From an uncultured virus (IMG/VR IMGVR_UViG_3300008262_006132) (lineage: Duplodnaviria; Heunggongvirae; Uroviricota; Caudoviricetes), in IMG/VR virus record IMGVR_UViG_3300008262_006132, positions 1 to 64,000 of that record: DNA of 64,000 bases. The stretch is one strand, 5' to 3'. Each line of letters begins with the position of its first letter. The stretch's first letter is position 1. The translations under genes and the position numbers were made by a program. Shown in pieces: positions 20,695-30,667 of this stretch. A model generated the notes under the pieces. It worked only from the letters and a program-made list of their open reading frames with translations. It ran no database searches and was not told the origin of the DNA.

Positions 20695-22965
20695 ATGAAA
20701 AAGTATATTCTATTTCTACTAACATTTTTATCATCACTTGGTGTTTATTCACAGGAAAGATTTGATCAAAATGTCTCTCAAAGAGTAATTGTTGTTCCTC
20801 AACCGGGTCAACAAAGAAACGCTGAAAAATTGTTCAAAGACAATAAAGCAAAAGTTATAAAAAAATGGGATGAACTTGGTTGGTACCTTACTGAGCTACC
20901 TCCAGGACTTGCAAAAAAACAATTTGAAGATAAATGTCGGTCTGAAAATTCAATCATTAGTAGAATATATCAAGACGAAGTTATGGAATATAATAGAGAA
21001 TATATTCCTAACGACTCACTATTCAATGCATCTTGGCATCTAAGACAACTAAACGATAAAGATATAGATGCTGATGAAGCTTGGGATTTAATTAATAATA
21101 TAAACGGGTATGTTACAGTCGCGGTGTTTGATGGTGGATTTGAAACTACACACGAAGACTTAATAGGTTGTTTTAATAATCCCTGGAATGCTGTTACAAA
21201 TACTCCTGGAAATGCATTTGTAAATGATTTTGATAGGCACGGTGTTGCTTGTTGCGGTACAATAGCCGCTAAGGTAAATAATCAAAAGGGTGTTGCGGGT
21301 GTTGGTGGTAATAAAGTACAGGCACAACCAATTAATATAATGAGTAGTGTTTCAAGCACTGGTAGTTTTTCAACAACATCCTCAATTCAGATTAATGCGA
21401 TAAATGCTGCTATCGCAAATCCAACTTGTGTGGCAATATCCATGTCTTATGGTGGTACTAGTTTTAGCCAGGCACTAAGTGACGCTTTTACTGCTGCTAG
21501 AACTACTGCAAGAGGTGGTAAGGGTATAATGATATTTGCGTCAACTGGAAATAATGGTTCTAATACGGCAGCTCAATATCCCGCTCAATATCCAGCTGTA
21601 TGGGGTGTTGGTTCAACAACCTCATCTGATTTACGATCATCCTTCTCAAACTATGGACCTATTGTTGATATATCAGCACCTGGGTCAGGTATTCAGTCTA
21701 CTGATAGAAGTGGCGCGGTTGGGTACAATGCAACAAACTATGCATCAGTAAGTGGAACATCTTTTAGTTGTCCTATCACTGCTGGTGTGGCTGCGATGCT
21801 TGCTTTTAAAAATCCAAATTTAACAGCTGTGGAATTATTCACAATTCTTTCTTCGACTTCTGAAAAAGTAGGTGGGTATGTTTACTCAAATGATCCAGCT
21901 TACCCTTATTCAACAAGATGTGTTGAGATTGGTTATGGTAGAATTAATGCTAAACTTGCTTTACAGGCAACTCCTAGTCCAGGTGGTGGAGGAACAACAC
22001 AGCAACACAATTTAACAATTACGAATTTGTCTGTATCGCCAACATCAATAAATGTTGGCCAATCATTAAATATTAGTTGTGCTCAAAACACAAGTACATC
22101 AACTCTTACTCAAGTTAACAGTATTCTTCAATATAGATTTTCTACTGATAATGTTTGGGGAAATACTGACGATGTGATTATTGGTAGTGATACAACTACA
22201 CTTGGTGGGGGTATTGCAACGGGTGGAGAGAATACAACTTATATTATTCCAAACTCAGTCGGTACAAGATATATACTTGCTAAAGCTAACTTTAATGAAA
22301 CTATTAGTGAGTCGAGTCTTACTGATAACGTTTCTAGTGTCTCTATTCAAGTATCTAATCCAATATCAACCAATACAGACTTATCAATTCAGCTTGTGAG
22401 TCCAAATTCACCTTTTATGACTTCTTCAACGGCAACTGCCGTGTCGATGCAGTGGAAAGTAACGAATACCGGACAAACAACTATTACGAGCTTCAGATGG
22501 GGAAGAGGATGGGTTAATTGTCCAACTACACTAAGCTGTGAAAGTACAGTAAATTGGACTGGAACTTTATCACCTGGTCAAAGTGTATTTTTACCGAATG
22601 GTGCTAATAGTTATCTTTCAACATCTCTTTGTTTTAGTTCAACGAACTGTGCAGTTCCTGCAGGTGGTACTAACACATATAGAGCTAGAATTATAAATGT
22701 GAATAATGTAACAGGTGATTCAAATTTATCAAATAATACCGCACTTTGTGTTATTAATAGACCATCAGTAGCAACTTCAGTTGCAGAAATTGATGAATCG
22801 AACGTAGATCATTTAGATGTTTTTAACCTTCAAAATTTGTCGGAAAAACCAAAAAAGTTTAAAAAAGAGTCTCAGTTAAATTTACAACCTGGGTTTTATG
22901 CGATACATACATATCTAAAAGATGGTGGTGTGGAAATTAAAAAAATACTTGTAGTATCTGAATAA
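20695..22965 (+). CDS. Secreted S8 subtilisin-like protease with CARDB-like domains and a T9SS-like CTD
   Basis: Signal peptide from ATG 20695; triad VAVFDGG / HGVACCG / GTSFSCP; oxyanion TGN; ISESSLTDN; tail LQPGFYAI..KKILV. Confidence 0.9.
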   Translation: MKKYILFLLTFLSSLGVYSQERFDQNVSQRVIVVPQPGQQRNAEKLFKDNKAKVIKKWDELGWYLTELPPGLAKKQFEDKCRSENSIISRIYQDEVMEYNREYIPNDSLFNASWHLRQLNDKDIDADEAWDLINNINGYVTVAVFDGGFETTHEDLIGCFNNPWNAVTNTPGNAFVNDFDRHGVACCGTIAAKVNNQKGVAGVGGNKVQAQPINIMSSVSSTGSFSTTSSIQINAINAAIANPTCVAISMSYGGTSFSQALSDAFTAARTTARGGKGIMIFASTGNNGSNTAAQYPAQYPAVWGVGSTTSSDLRSSFSNYGPIVDISAPGSGIQSTDRSGAVGYNATNYASVSGTSFSCPITAGVAAMLAFKNPNLTAVELFTILSSTSEKVGGYVYSNDPAYPYSTRCVEIGYGRINAKLALQATPSPGGGGTTQQHNLTITNLSVSPTSINVGQSLNISCAQNTSTSTLTQVNSILQYRFSTDNVWGNTDDVIIGSDTTTLGGGIATGGENTTYIIPNSVGTRYILAKANFNETISESSLTDNVSSVSIQVSNPISTNTDLSIQLVSPNSPFMTSSTATAVSMQWKVTNTGQTTITSFRWGRGWVNCPTTLSCESTVNWTGTLSPGQSVFLPNGANSYLSTSLCFSSTNCAVPAGGTNTYRARIINVNNVTGDSNLSNNTALCVINRPSVATSVAEIDESNVDHLDVFNLQNLSEKPKKFKKESQLNLQPGFYAIHTYLKDGGVEIKKILVVSE

Positions 22966-22994
22966 GATACTAAGATAAAACAAAAATAAATAAA

Positions 22995-24062
22995 ATGGCA
23001 AACACACAAAAAGCAATTGAACTCTTAGGAATCCCACAAGAGTGTGCGATCTATGAAGGTCAAATACAAACAAAAACAAGCAGATCACTACGAGTTTACG
23101 AAGTTTCTGATTTTACCTCTGGTAAAAAGAAGGTATATTATGAGTATGAATTCGTGGAGAAAAATGAACTATTTGGGGCTTACCCATTCAACTTGATAAG
23201 TAATTATCTATATTCTTTCGGTCACACTCCTGAGAATTTTGAGGGTTCTACTTTTACGACAATTAGACCGGCTTCATCTTTCACCGTCAACCTTGGTCCG
23301 ATGATAGGAAAGACTTATCATAGTGGTTGGCAAAAGACGAAAATATCTCCAAATGATAAAGGTGGTTATTCGTTTGATATTTATACAGAACCATGGATGA
23401 ATACAAACACCGATGGTACACCTGCTGATATGACGAATCCTTTTCCTCTACCTGGGACTTGTGCTAAGTATGCAAGATCAAAAACTAAAAGTTCAACAAC
23501 AGGTGAGATAAAAATTTGGACATCTAGATATCCTGTAACTCAAACTTTGAGAAAAAGTGATATCTTAGGACTTATCAATTTGTCAGAAGAAGAATACGCC
23601 TCTAAAGTTGGTTGGACATTTAACATTGTAACAGTATCAAACAAAACACACATCACCTCTATTGCTATGGATGTAGTTGATGTTGACTTAAATAAGAAAA
23701 AAGGGATCTTCTATATTAATGGTGAAGATACTCAATCTGTTTCGGCGTCTGGTTTGATAACCAGCTTTAATAAAACTAATCCTGGTTACATCTTCCAGTG
23801 GAGACTTTATAATGGTGATGAACAAGGTGCCTATGGTTGTACTTTAGTTGCACCATTCACTCAAACTCAAGATAATACAATTAATATTGCGGTTGGTAGT
23901 ACAAACTCTTGGAATGCTACAACTAAGACAATTACTTATAACTTTGCAAGACCGGAAGTTGCTAAGATCTTGGCCTATGCTGAGTTTCTACCTGCTCAAG
24001 GTAAAAATGAGTGTATTGGTAGAATGTATAATCTTGAAACTGGTGAAGAATATAATTGGTAA
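22995..24062 (+). CDS. Hypothetical protein, probably co-transcribed with the protease
   Basis: 355-aa ORF 29 nt downstream; followed by a terminator. Confidence 0.7.
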   Translation: MANTQKAIELLGIPQECAIYEGQIQTKTSRSLRVYEVSDFTSGKKKVYYEYEFVEKNELFGAYPFNLISNYLYSFGHTPENFEGSTFTTIRPASSFTVNLGPMIGKTYHSGWQKTKISPNDKGGYSFDIYTEPWMNTNTDGTPADMTNPFPLPGTCAKYARSKTKSSTTGEIKIWTSRYPVTQTLRKSDILGLINLSEEEYASKVGWTFNIVTVSNKTHITSIAMDVVDVDLNKKKGIFYINGEDTQSVSASGLITSFNKTNPGYIFQWRLYNGDEQGAYGCTLVAPFTQTQDNTINIAVGSTNSWNATTKTITYNFARPEVAKILAYAEFLPAQGKNECIGRMYNLETGEEYNW

Positions 24063-24080
24063 TATTAAATTAGATTATTT

Positions 24081-24108
24081 AAAAATCCCACCAAATGTGG
24101 GATTTTTT
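24081..24108 (+). terminator. Intrinsic terminator
   Basis: AAAAATCCCAC-CAAAT-GTGGGATTTTTT. Confidence 0.85.
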
Positions 24109-24160
24109 CATTTTAAACTAATCAGTGAATTCAAGTATAAATAAAAAATAAAATATAATC

Positions 24161-24859
24161 ATGCCTAAAGCAATTGTGGTTAATAAAGAAAATGAATTAA
24201 ACCGTGAAACACACTACTTGTTGATTGTAGACGCCTCATCATCTATGAGTCCACTGACTAAATCAACTATAAGTGGTGTTAACGAGCAAATAGATTCAAT
24301 AAAACAACTTGAGAAAGAACATCCAAATCAATCATATTATATGTCTTTTATTCACTTTAATAATGTTGTTACGGTTGAATATACTGACAGACCTGCAGGT
24401 GCTCTAGAAAACATCTCAGAAAAGAATTATAATTGTAATGGAATGACTGCACTACTTGATGCCATCGGTGTTGGAGTCAGAGATTTGAATCAAAAGATAT
24501 CTGATAAGGTTTCTTCTGGACTCGCTACTGCAGTAGTTGTAATAATTACCGATGGTGAAGAAAATAGCTCAATTGAGTTCGATGGTAAAAAGGTTAAGTC
24601 AATGATTGAAGAGTTGCAAGAAACTAAAAACTGGACATTTACTTTTGTCGGTGCTAACATCGATTCTATATCAACTGCTAAAAATTATGGAATCAATGTT
24701 AATAACGTAATGCAGTTTAGTGCTGATGAAATTTCAAATCAAAAAGTATATAGATCGATGTCTAAGTCATTCAAAACACGTGCGATGTCGATGGATGATG
24801 GTTCATATAAATCTGATGTATTTTTGTCAGACGATGATAAAGATGTTACATCTAAATAG
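24161..24859 (+). CDS. von Willebrand factor A (vWA) domain protein
   Basis: MIDAS DASSSM, GMTALLDAIG, IITDGEENSS, FTFVGAN. Confidence 0.9.
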   Translation: MPKAIVVNKENELNRETHYLLIVDASSSMSPLTKSTISGVNEQIDSIKQLEKEHPNQSYYMSFIHFNNVVTVEYTDRPAGALENISEKNYNCNGMTALLDAIGVGVRDLNQKISDKVSSGLATAVVVIITDGEENSSIEFDGKKVKSMIEELQETKNWTFTFVGANIDSISTAKNYGINVNNVMQFSADEISNQKVYRSMSKSFKTRAMSMDDGSYKSDVFLSDDDKDVTSK

Positions 24860-24869
24860 TATCTTTTTA

Positions 24870-24910
24870 AAACAAAAAGTGAGTTACCTAAAGTGACTCA
24901 CTTTTTGTTT
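24870..24910 (+). terminator. Intrinsic terminator
   Basis: AAACAAAAAGTGAGTTAC-CTAAA-GTGACTCACTTTTTGTTT. Confidence 0.8.
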
Positions 24911-24926
24911 AAATATATAACAGACT

Positions 24927-25232
24927 GTGATTAAATTAAAACAAGAAATACAAAAATTCAATCTTTTTATAGTTGATTTTCTTAAAAGAATTAAAGCTGA
25001 AGGTGTAGAAACTTCAGAAGCTGCTCAAATTTTAGCAAGATATGCAAAAGGTGGTGAAGTTTCTAAAGAAGAAATGGAAAAATTTAGAAGCCAAATGATT
25101 GATGTTATCAAAGTTATTGGAATTGGAATACCATTTACAATTATACCGGGTTCTAGTCTTTTACTTCCTCTAGTAGTTGCTATTGCTAAAAAGTATAAAA
25201 TTGATATTCTGCCATCATCATTTAAAGATTAG
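24927..25232 (+). CDS. LETM1-like membrane protein
   Basis: QMIDVIK..IPFTIIPGSSLLLP..LPSSF resembles the LETM1 TM signature. Confidence 0.6.
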   Translation: MIKLKQEIQKFNLFIVDFLKRIKAEGVETSEAAQILARYAKGGEVSKEEMEKFRSQMIDVIKVIGIGIPFTIIPGSSLLLPLVVAIAKKYKIDILPSSFKD

Positions 25233-25263
25233 AAAATAATATATAATTAAACCAATTAGTTTA

Positions 25264-27009
25264 ATGTTATTAAAATTCAATGATTTTTCGGACTACAAAT
25301 TATTTGAGAATTTAGTTTCTGAATCTATTGTTTACTTCTCTCCTAATTTTAGAAATAAACTAAAGTCAATTACTGATGATATTTCTAAAGACCTTCTTAG
25401 TATTGAAATGAAAGATGTTAAGCCAGACATCACATTTATTGATTTGGATAAGAATGATTTTTTAACATTCACAACTATGCAGAATGTTGAAAAGGAGTTC
25501 AAAGAAAAACATCCACACTTAGATATCTTCACACGTCCGTATGGAGGTATTGCTGATATACTTTACAATTTACAAAATGATAGAGAAATTGCTCAGGTTT
25601 ATTCAAAGTCAAGAAATCAAATTAAAATTGGTAGACTTATAAATAAATTTTTTCCGAATAAATATTCATCTAAAGAAGTTGAGCAGTTTGTAAATAAGTT
25701 TAAATCTACCGAAGTAAAGGCAGGTGAAAACTTTAAATTAGTAGAAGGTGATGAAATTGATTTTTGGTATGATTCAAATAATTACGCAGAACTCTCAGGA
25801 TCTTTAGGAAACTCTTGTATGAGAAATATTAAAGGTGTATTTGAGATGTATACTAAAAATCCAGATGTTTGTAAAATGCTTATTCTCGTAGAAAACCATA
25901 AATTACTAGGCAGAGCTCTTGTGTGGAAAATTGTAGAGTCAGATGGCATTAATTTTACTTGGTTTATGGATCGACAATATACAATAAAAGACTCTGATGT
26001 TTTAAAATTTAGAAAGTATGCAATTGAAAACAACTGGGCATTTAAAACTAAAAACACTCACACATTATTGAAGGGTGTAACATACAAAGACGAGGAACTT
26101 CAACTTGACATGAAAGTTCAATTAGATAAAAATATAGAATATGACAAATATCCATATTTAGATACTTTTAGAAGATTTGATCCAGAAAATAAAGTACTTT
26201 ATAATAATACAGATAGTAAAGCTATTGGTGATTATATTTTAGATCAAACTGATGGGGATTTCATAGTTATAGAAGATGGTGAATGGTCAGAGTATTACCA
26301 AGAAAGAATACCATCAAACCTTGCTATATGGTCTGAACCTTTACAGGATTGGCTTAATATTAATTCAAGTATAACTGTTAGTAGTGGTCAAAGAAGAAAT
26401 CAAGGAGTTTACCCTGAAGATTTTGATGATATAGTTTGGTGTGATAATGTGAGTGAATATTACTACGTAGATGACGTAGTTTATTCTGAAGAGTATCAAA
26501 CTTATATACCTGAAAATGAAAGTATAAGTGTCATAAATGAGATTGAATCTGATTGCACAGTCAACGCAGATGCTTACTATGTTGATAAAGACGATGATAT
26601 TTGGATCGGACTCTCAAAATTCTCTAAAGATCTCTGGTATGTTGAATGTTGTGAACATGATGAAGATTGGAAAACTGGTTGGACACACTTAGGCATTCTT
26701 AAAGAATTAATGGTCAGAAACTATCAAAATAAACTTATTCCAAAAAAGTTTTCAACTGTAGCTTACCAAAACCTATCAGGACCAGAAGGTGTAGAGTTTC
26801 TTACTGAATTAGATGCTTTTATTTTAGATAAACAAATTGATAAGTCTAAAGAATTTAAAGTTGATAAGTTTGAATATAATAAACTACTACTTAATATTGA
26901 AGATGAGTTGAGAAAAAAGAGTTCTGAAAAGATTCAGCAAGGAATTGATTCAGAAAAAATATCAAACAGAATGACTGATTCAAAAATTTGGAACTATTTC
27001 AAAGATTAA
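25264..27009 (+). CDS. Hypothetical protein: CTS-like N-terminus, SCM..GRAxxW..DRxY..PYxD domain, acidic aromatic repeats
   Basis: 581 aa; NSCMR, GRALVW, FMDRQY, YPYLDT. Confidence 0.75.
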   Translation: MLLKFNDFSDYKLFENLVSESIVYFSPNFRNKLKSITDDISKDLLSIEMKDVKPDITFIDLDKNDFLTFTTMQNVEKEFKEKHPHLDIFTRPYGGIADILYNLQNDREIAQVYSKSRNQIKIGRLINKFFPNKYSSKEVEQFVNKFKSTEVKAGENFKLVEGDEIDFWYDSNNYAELSGSLGNSCMRNIKGVFEMYTKNPDVCKMLILVENHKLLGRALVWKIVESDGINFTWFMDRQYTIKDSDVLKFRKYAIENNWAFKTKNTHTLLKGVTYKDEELQLDMKVQLDKNIEYDKYPYLDTFRRFDPENKVLYNNTDSKAIGDYILDQTDGDFIVIEDGEWSEYYQERIPSNLAIWSEPLQDWLNINSSITVSSGQRRNQGVYPEDFDDIVWCDNVSEYYYVDDVVYSEEYQTYIPENESISVINEIESDCTVNADAYYVDKDDDIWIGLSKFSKDLWYVECCEHDEDWKTGWTHLGILKELMVRNYQNKLIPKKFSTVAYQNLSGPEGVEFLTELDAFILDKQIDKSKEFKVDKFEYNKLLLNIEDELRKKSSEKIQQGIDSEKISNRMTDSKIWNYFKD

Positions 27010-27787
27010 TTGATCCTAGTGAGGCCAGAAACATCTCACTTTCTTTTTCTCTTCTTTTTACTAATCCTGGAAACTTCTTACTTATTCTAAATTCTTTTAT
27101 ACTGTCTCCAGCAGCTCTATATTCTGACTTTTTCAGATTATCAGCAACTTTTGAATTTCTTAGTCCACTAACACCTGAGTTGAACGCGAGTGATACGAGT
27201 GAATCAAACATACTTTGTGTAACTGGAACGACAACCCCTTGTGACTCCCAGTCTCTAAACATTCTTCTCACACCATCTGCTGCAACTTTTAAGTCTTGTT
27301 TTAGCAAACTTTCAGCTTCTTCTTTAGAAATTTCTTGGCCTAACTTATATTTTGAATCACCTACTCTTTCAGCATGTCCGTATCCAACAGTTATCATACC
27401 ATCACCAATTTGATATGCTTTAAGTTTTAATTTCTCTTCATTTTTAATGTGATTCCATCCTTCATCTGATAAAGTTAACTCTTTTGCATTTTTGAATTGA
27501 CTTTCTTGAACTACCTCAACTGCAACCTGTTTTGTCTCATCATCAGTTTTTGAGTTATTAATAATTTGAACAACATTAGTAATTGTATTAAAAGCTAATA
27601 GTGAACCTATAGCATATTTAATTATCCTTCTTTTAGATGACTTAGAGAGTCCTTTTATTTTCTCAAGTACATTGTTCCAAATAGATTTTATATCTACTGA
27701 TTCATTTATAGAGTAGTCGATATACTCTATTATTTGTTTTACTTTTAGTTCTTCGTTATATCTTTCGAAGCTTGATAAATGATGCAT
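26999..27787 (-). CDS. GH24 lysozyme with CTS-like N-terminus and hydrophobic segment
   Basis: IKNEE..LKAY..GDG..TVGYGH, QSMFDSLVSLAFNSG, GLVKRREKE. Confidence 0.9.
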   Translation of the reverse strand: MHHLSSFERYNEELKVKQIIEYIDYSINESVDIKSIWNNVLEKIKGLSKSSKRRIIKYAIGSLLAFNTITNVVQIINNSKTDDETKQVAVEVVQESQFKNAKELTLSDEGWNHIKNEEKLKLKAYQIGDGMITVGYGHAERVGDSKYKLGQEISKEEAESLLKQDLKVAADGVRRMFRDWESQGVVVPVTQSMFDSLVSLAFNSGVSGLRNSKVADNLKKSEYRAAGDSIKEFRISKKFPGLVKRREKESEMFLASLGSINL

Positions 27788-27831
27788 ATAGTTATATATA
27801 AAAAGATAAATTTTATTTTAATATATAACTT

Positions 27832-28020
27832 ATGAAGAAAATTAAAACATACAAAGAGTTTAAAGAACCAACAGTCTCTTGGGAAGAATTAGCAAAAGAT
27901 TTTCGTGAAGATAAAAGACACGATAAAAATTCTGTAGCTGCTGATACTTTTAATGCAAGTCAAATTGAAGAAGTTCAACCTGCTAATATGGTTATTAAAG
28001 ACGAAAAGAAGAAAGACTAA
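27832..28020 (+). CDS. Small protein with T4-CTS-like N-terminus (MKKIKTYKEFKE)
   Basis: TAATATATA immediately upstream. Confidence 0.65.
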   Translation: MKKIKTYKEFKEPTVSWEELAKDFREDKRHDKNSVAADTFNASQIEEVQPANMVIKDEKKKD

Positions 28021-28211
28021 TTTTCTTTTCTTAAAGATCCAATACACACAGTATTTTCTTTTGGTTCGTTCCAAACGTTTCCGATCATATGACAAGTGTG
28101 TGTTCTATTTTTTATAGAACCAGAATTGAACATTTTGTCGACATAATTTGGAAAATTATTATTATGTTGAGACTTTACTTTATATGGGCACTCTTTACAA
28201 GACTTTCTCAT
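28017..28211 (-). CDS. Small Cys/His (Zn-binding-like) protein
   Basis: CKECP..HTCH..CIG. Confidence 0.6.
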   Translation of the reverse strand: MRKSCKECPYKVKSQHNNNFPNYVDKMFNSGSIKNRTHTCHMIGNVWNEPKENTVCIGSLRKEN

Positions 28212-28483
28212 TCTAATACTATTTTAATTCGTTCATCTCGCTCATCTTCCGCGGTCACAATTTTGTAAATTGAATTTAAAGTTCTAAATTCTCTATCGCT
28301 AATTATTTCTGTAACTTGTGTTGTTCTTAGTTCGGTAGTCCAATCATTCCAAAGTTGAAATGATTTACCAATTTCTGGCCAAGTATTAAAGCTTCCGTGA
28401 AATATATCTCCTGACTTTATATACATATTTTTTTCTTCTTTATCAGGAAGAGTCTGTATTTTAATAACTTTAGCTTTTATCAT
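28208..28483 (-). CDS. Hypothetical protein
   Basis: ATG 28483 (MIKAKV); FRTLNSIYKI motif. Confidence 0.6.
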   Translation of the reverse strand: MIKAKVIKIQTLPDKEEKNMYIKSGDIFHGSFNTWPEIGKSFQLWNDWTTELRTTQVTEIISDREFRTLNSIYKIVTAEDERDERIKIVLE

Positions 28484-28507
28484 TTTGAAAGTTGTATATA
28501 TACTTAT

Positions 28508-28801
28508 ATGAAAAGTAGTGAACCGAAACAAAAAAAAGAGCCTGGTTTCTTTGATGAAGTCATTATGACTTTTTCAAATAATAAATCAATGCTTAGTTCT
28601 AAAAAGATTGAAAGATTCATTGTTTTCAACTGTTTTTTAGTTTTGACATTTTATTATGTCTTTATAAATATAGACGAAATAGACGCTAGATCATTTATCG
28701 AGATTATTGGAGTTTGGTTATTTTATGGTGGTTACAATTCATTTATGAGTTTGAGAGATAAAAAACTTTCAAATCAAAATGGTGACGAGCCAACTCAATA
28801 A
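28508..28801 (+). CDS. Small 2-TM membrane protein (holin-like possible)
   Basis: SSKKIERF followed by two hydrophobic helices. Confidence 0.55.
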   Translation: MKSSEPKQKKEPGFFDEVIMTFSNNKSMLSSKKIERFIVFNCFLVLTFYYVFINIDEIDARSFIEIIGVWLFYGGYNSFMSLRDKKLSNQNGDEPTQ

Positions 28802-29185
28802 TTATTTGTCAGGTATTACTCGATATAAAAAAGCGTAGTCACTATATTCAATCATGTGGAAAACTGAGGCTTCGTCATAACCGATATAGTAGAAACATTG
28901 CTTACCATTTTGATCAACTGCAAACCATTTAGAAGCAGTTTCGATTTCTGTTGCCAGTGAGATAATTCTAAATTCTTGAATTTCACTTGAATAAATAGTA
29001 ACTCTTTCTGGTTTGGTGATGATTAAAATGTCAACATCAGTAGCTTGACTTGACCAAGTAATTGGTGAGTTGTTATCACTTTTAAATCCAAGAAAAAGGT
29101 TGTATGCTTTTGCAAAAGTTGCTTCTTGAGAGAAAGAGACAAGTGAGATAATTGAAAAGAATAGTGTGATTATTAGTTTTTTCAT
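28802..29185 (-). CDS. Secreted hypothetical protein
   Basis: Signal peptide MKKLIITLFFSIISLVSFS-Q; TATATTTG on the minus strand 29200-29207. Confidence 0.7.
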   Translation of the reverse strand: MKKLIITLFFSIISLVSFSQEATFAKAYNLFLGFKSDNNSPITWSSQATDVDILIITKPERVTIYSSEIQEFRIISLATEIETASKWFAVDQNGKQCFYYIGYDEASVFHMIEYSDYAFLYRVIPDK

Positions 29186-29246
29186 ATTGTATATTTTGTC
29201 AAATATAAAGAAGATGATTCAAATAAAAAAATTAATATATAATTTT

Positions 29247-30056
29247 ATGAAACATTTACAAACATTTAATTCTTATGAACCAATTAATGAGGGTTGGAAA
29301 GAAAACTTACTTGCTGGATTACTAGCCTTGGTTGGGACTTATGCGCAAGGACAAAAAGAACCTGAGAGAATTGTAAGAAAGGTTAAAACTGAAAAGCAAG
29401 TTCAAAGTCTAATCGAGATGGGATATACTCTTGACTCAACTCAGGTTGATACAGTTTGGAAAGAATTAATTACAAGTGCTCCTGAAAGTGAAGTTGTATC
29501 AATTAGATATACACTTGATAAAGGTCAATATTTTGAATCCGGTAAATTTGAATTAACTGAAGATATGAAATCAGGAATAGACAGTGTACTTTCCGAAATA
29601 TTAGAAGATGGTGGAATACTTACAAATATAGATATAGAATCATCTACAGATAAACAACCACTTAGTTCATCACTTAAAGCAAAGTTAAAGTCTTTAGGAT
29701 ATAGTGAAGATAATTCTGGATTATCTGAAGCTAGATGTGGATCAATTAAAAACTACTTAGTTCAGAAAAGAGTTGATACAACTTTGATTTCTACAGAAAC
29801 AAAATCTGAATTAGGAGAGACAGAAGTTGATCCTAGTTCGAGGTATGTAAATGTTGATTTTTATTATGTTATACCAGTTGCTGTATTGCCATTTGAAGCT
29901 GAGAAAGAAGTACAAAGAGTTAAAACAACTTATTACTTATCAAAGCAAAAAGAACCAGTTAAGATTGTTAAAATAAAACACAAAGGTATTAAAGTGAAGA
30001 AGATGGGTACTGTCAGAAAAACTGGTAGCACACCACCTTTGAAGTGTTGGAACTAA
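29247..30056 (+). CDS. OmpA-like peptidoglycan-binding domain protein with CTS-like N-terminus
   Basis: FESGKFEL, IESSTD, NSGLSEAR..IKNYL, RYVNV; ATG after TAATATATA. Confidence 0.7.
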   Translation: MKHLQTFNSYEPINEGWKENLLAGLLALVGTYAQGQKEPERIVRKVKTEKQVQSLIEMGYTLDSTQVDTVWKELITSAPESEVVSIRYTLDKGQYFESGKFELTEDMKSGIDSVLSEILEDGGILTNIDIESSTDKQPLSSSLKAKLKSLGYSEDNSGLSEARCGSIKNYLVQKRVDTTLISTETKSELGETEVDPSSRYVNVDFYYVIPVAVLPFEAEKEVQRVKTTYYLSKQKEPVKIVKIKHKGIKVKKMGTVRKTGSTPPLKCWN

Positions 30057-30562
30057 GGATTGTAAATAACAAGAGTTGCCCAGATTAAATAGTTTGTGAA
30101 ACCTTCTATTCCGGTAGGTTGTTTTTGAATTACTGTAGAGACACCACCGAGTCTACATTCATTTAACATTGTTTTATTATGGCCTGGTGAGTTTTTCCAA
30201 GACTCAAAAACACCAGTAGAAATTTCCGAATTAATATTCTCTTTTGATTCAGAGTCTTCGAAGTTCATACTTAAAAGAAGAACATTCTCAGAGATTCTTG
30301 AACAGTTTGATCCATATTTCCAGAGTCTATCTTGTGGATTTACTAAAATAGATTCATGGTGTGATATTGTCATATCGCAACTATCTTTTAAGTAATTCGA
30401 GTGATGATTTGAGGCTTTGAAGGCGATATCATTCCAAATAAATTCATTTTTTGAAAATGATTTTCTATACTTGTTGATTTTTTCGAAACACAATTTATCT
30501 AAATTGGTCTGTGACAAAGAGACTTGTGTAAATAGGAGGAATAGAATAGTTAGAAATTTCAT
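30053..30562 (-). CDS. Secreted CAP/SCP-domain protein
   Basis: INKYR, ASNHHS, SENV, WKNSPGHNKTML; TTTG-N19-TATATTTG on the minus strand 30567-30597. Confidence 0.88.
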   Translation of the reverse strand: MKFLTILFLLFTQVSLSQTNLDKLCFEKINKYRKSFSKNEFIWNDIAFKASNHHSNYLKDSCDMTISHHESILVNPQDRLWKYGSNCSRISENVLLLSMNFEDSESKENINSEISTGVFESWKNSPGHNKTMLNECRLGGVSTVIQKQPTGIEGFTNYLIWATLVIYNP

Positions 30563-30667
30563 GAATCAAATATAGTAAAATATTAATATTTTCCAAAATT
30601 TTTAGAATATATTTTCTTGAGATCTAAATCACTTGGTTTAATATATAAAATAAACTTGAGACTTTAA

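Noticed and set aside
28508..28801. Holin-endolysin lysis cassette with the GH24 gene
   Set aside because: Opposite strands, separated by other genes, and the lysozyme has a CTS-like start; the holin call cannot be supported beyond two TM helices.
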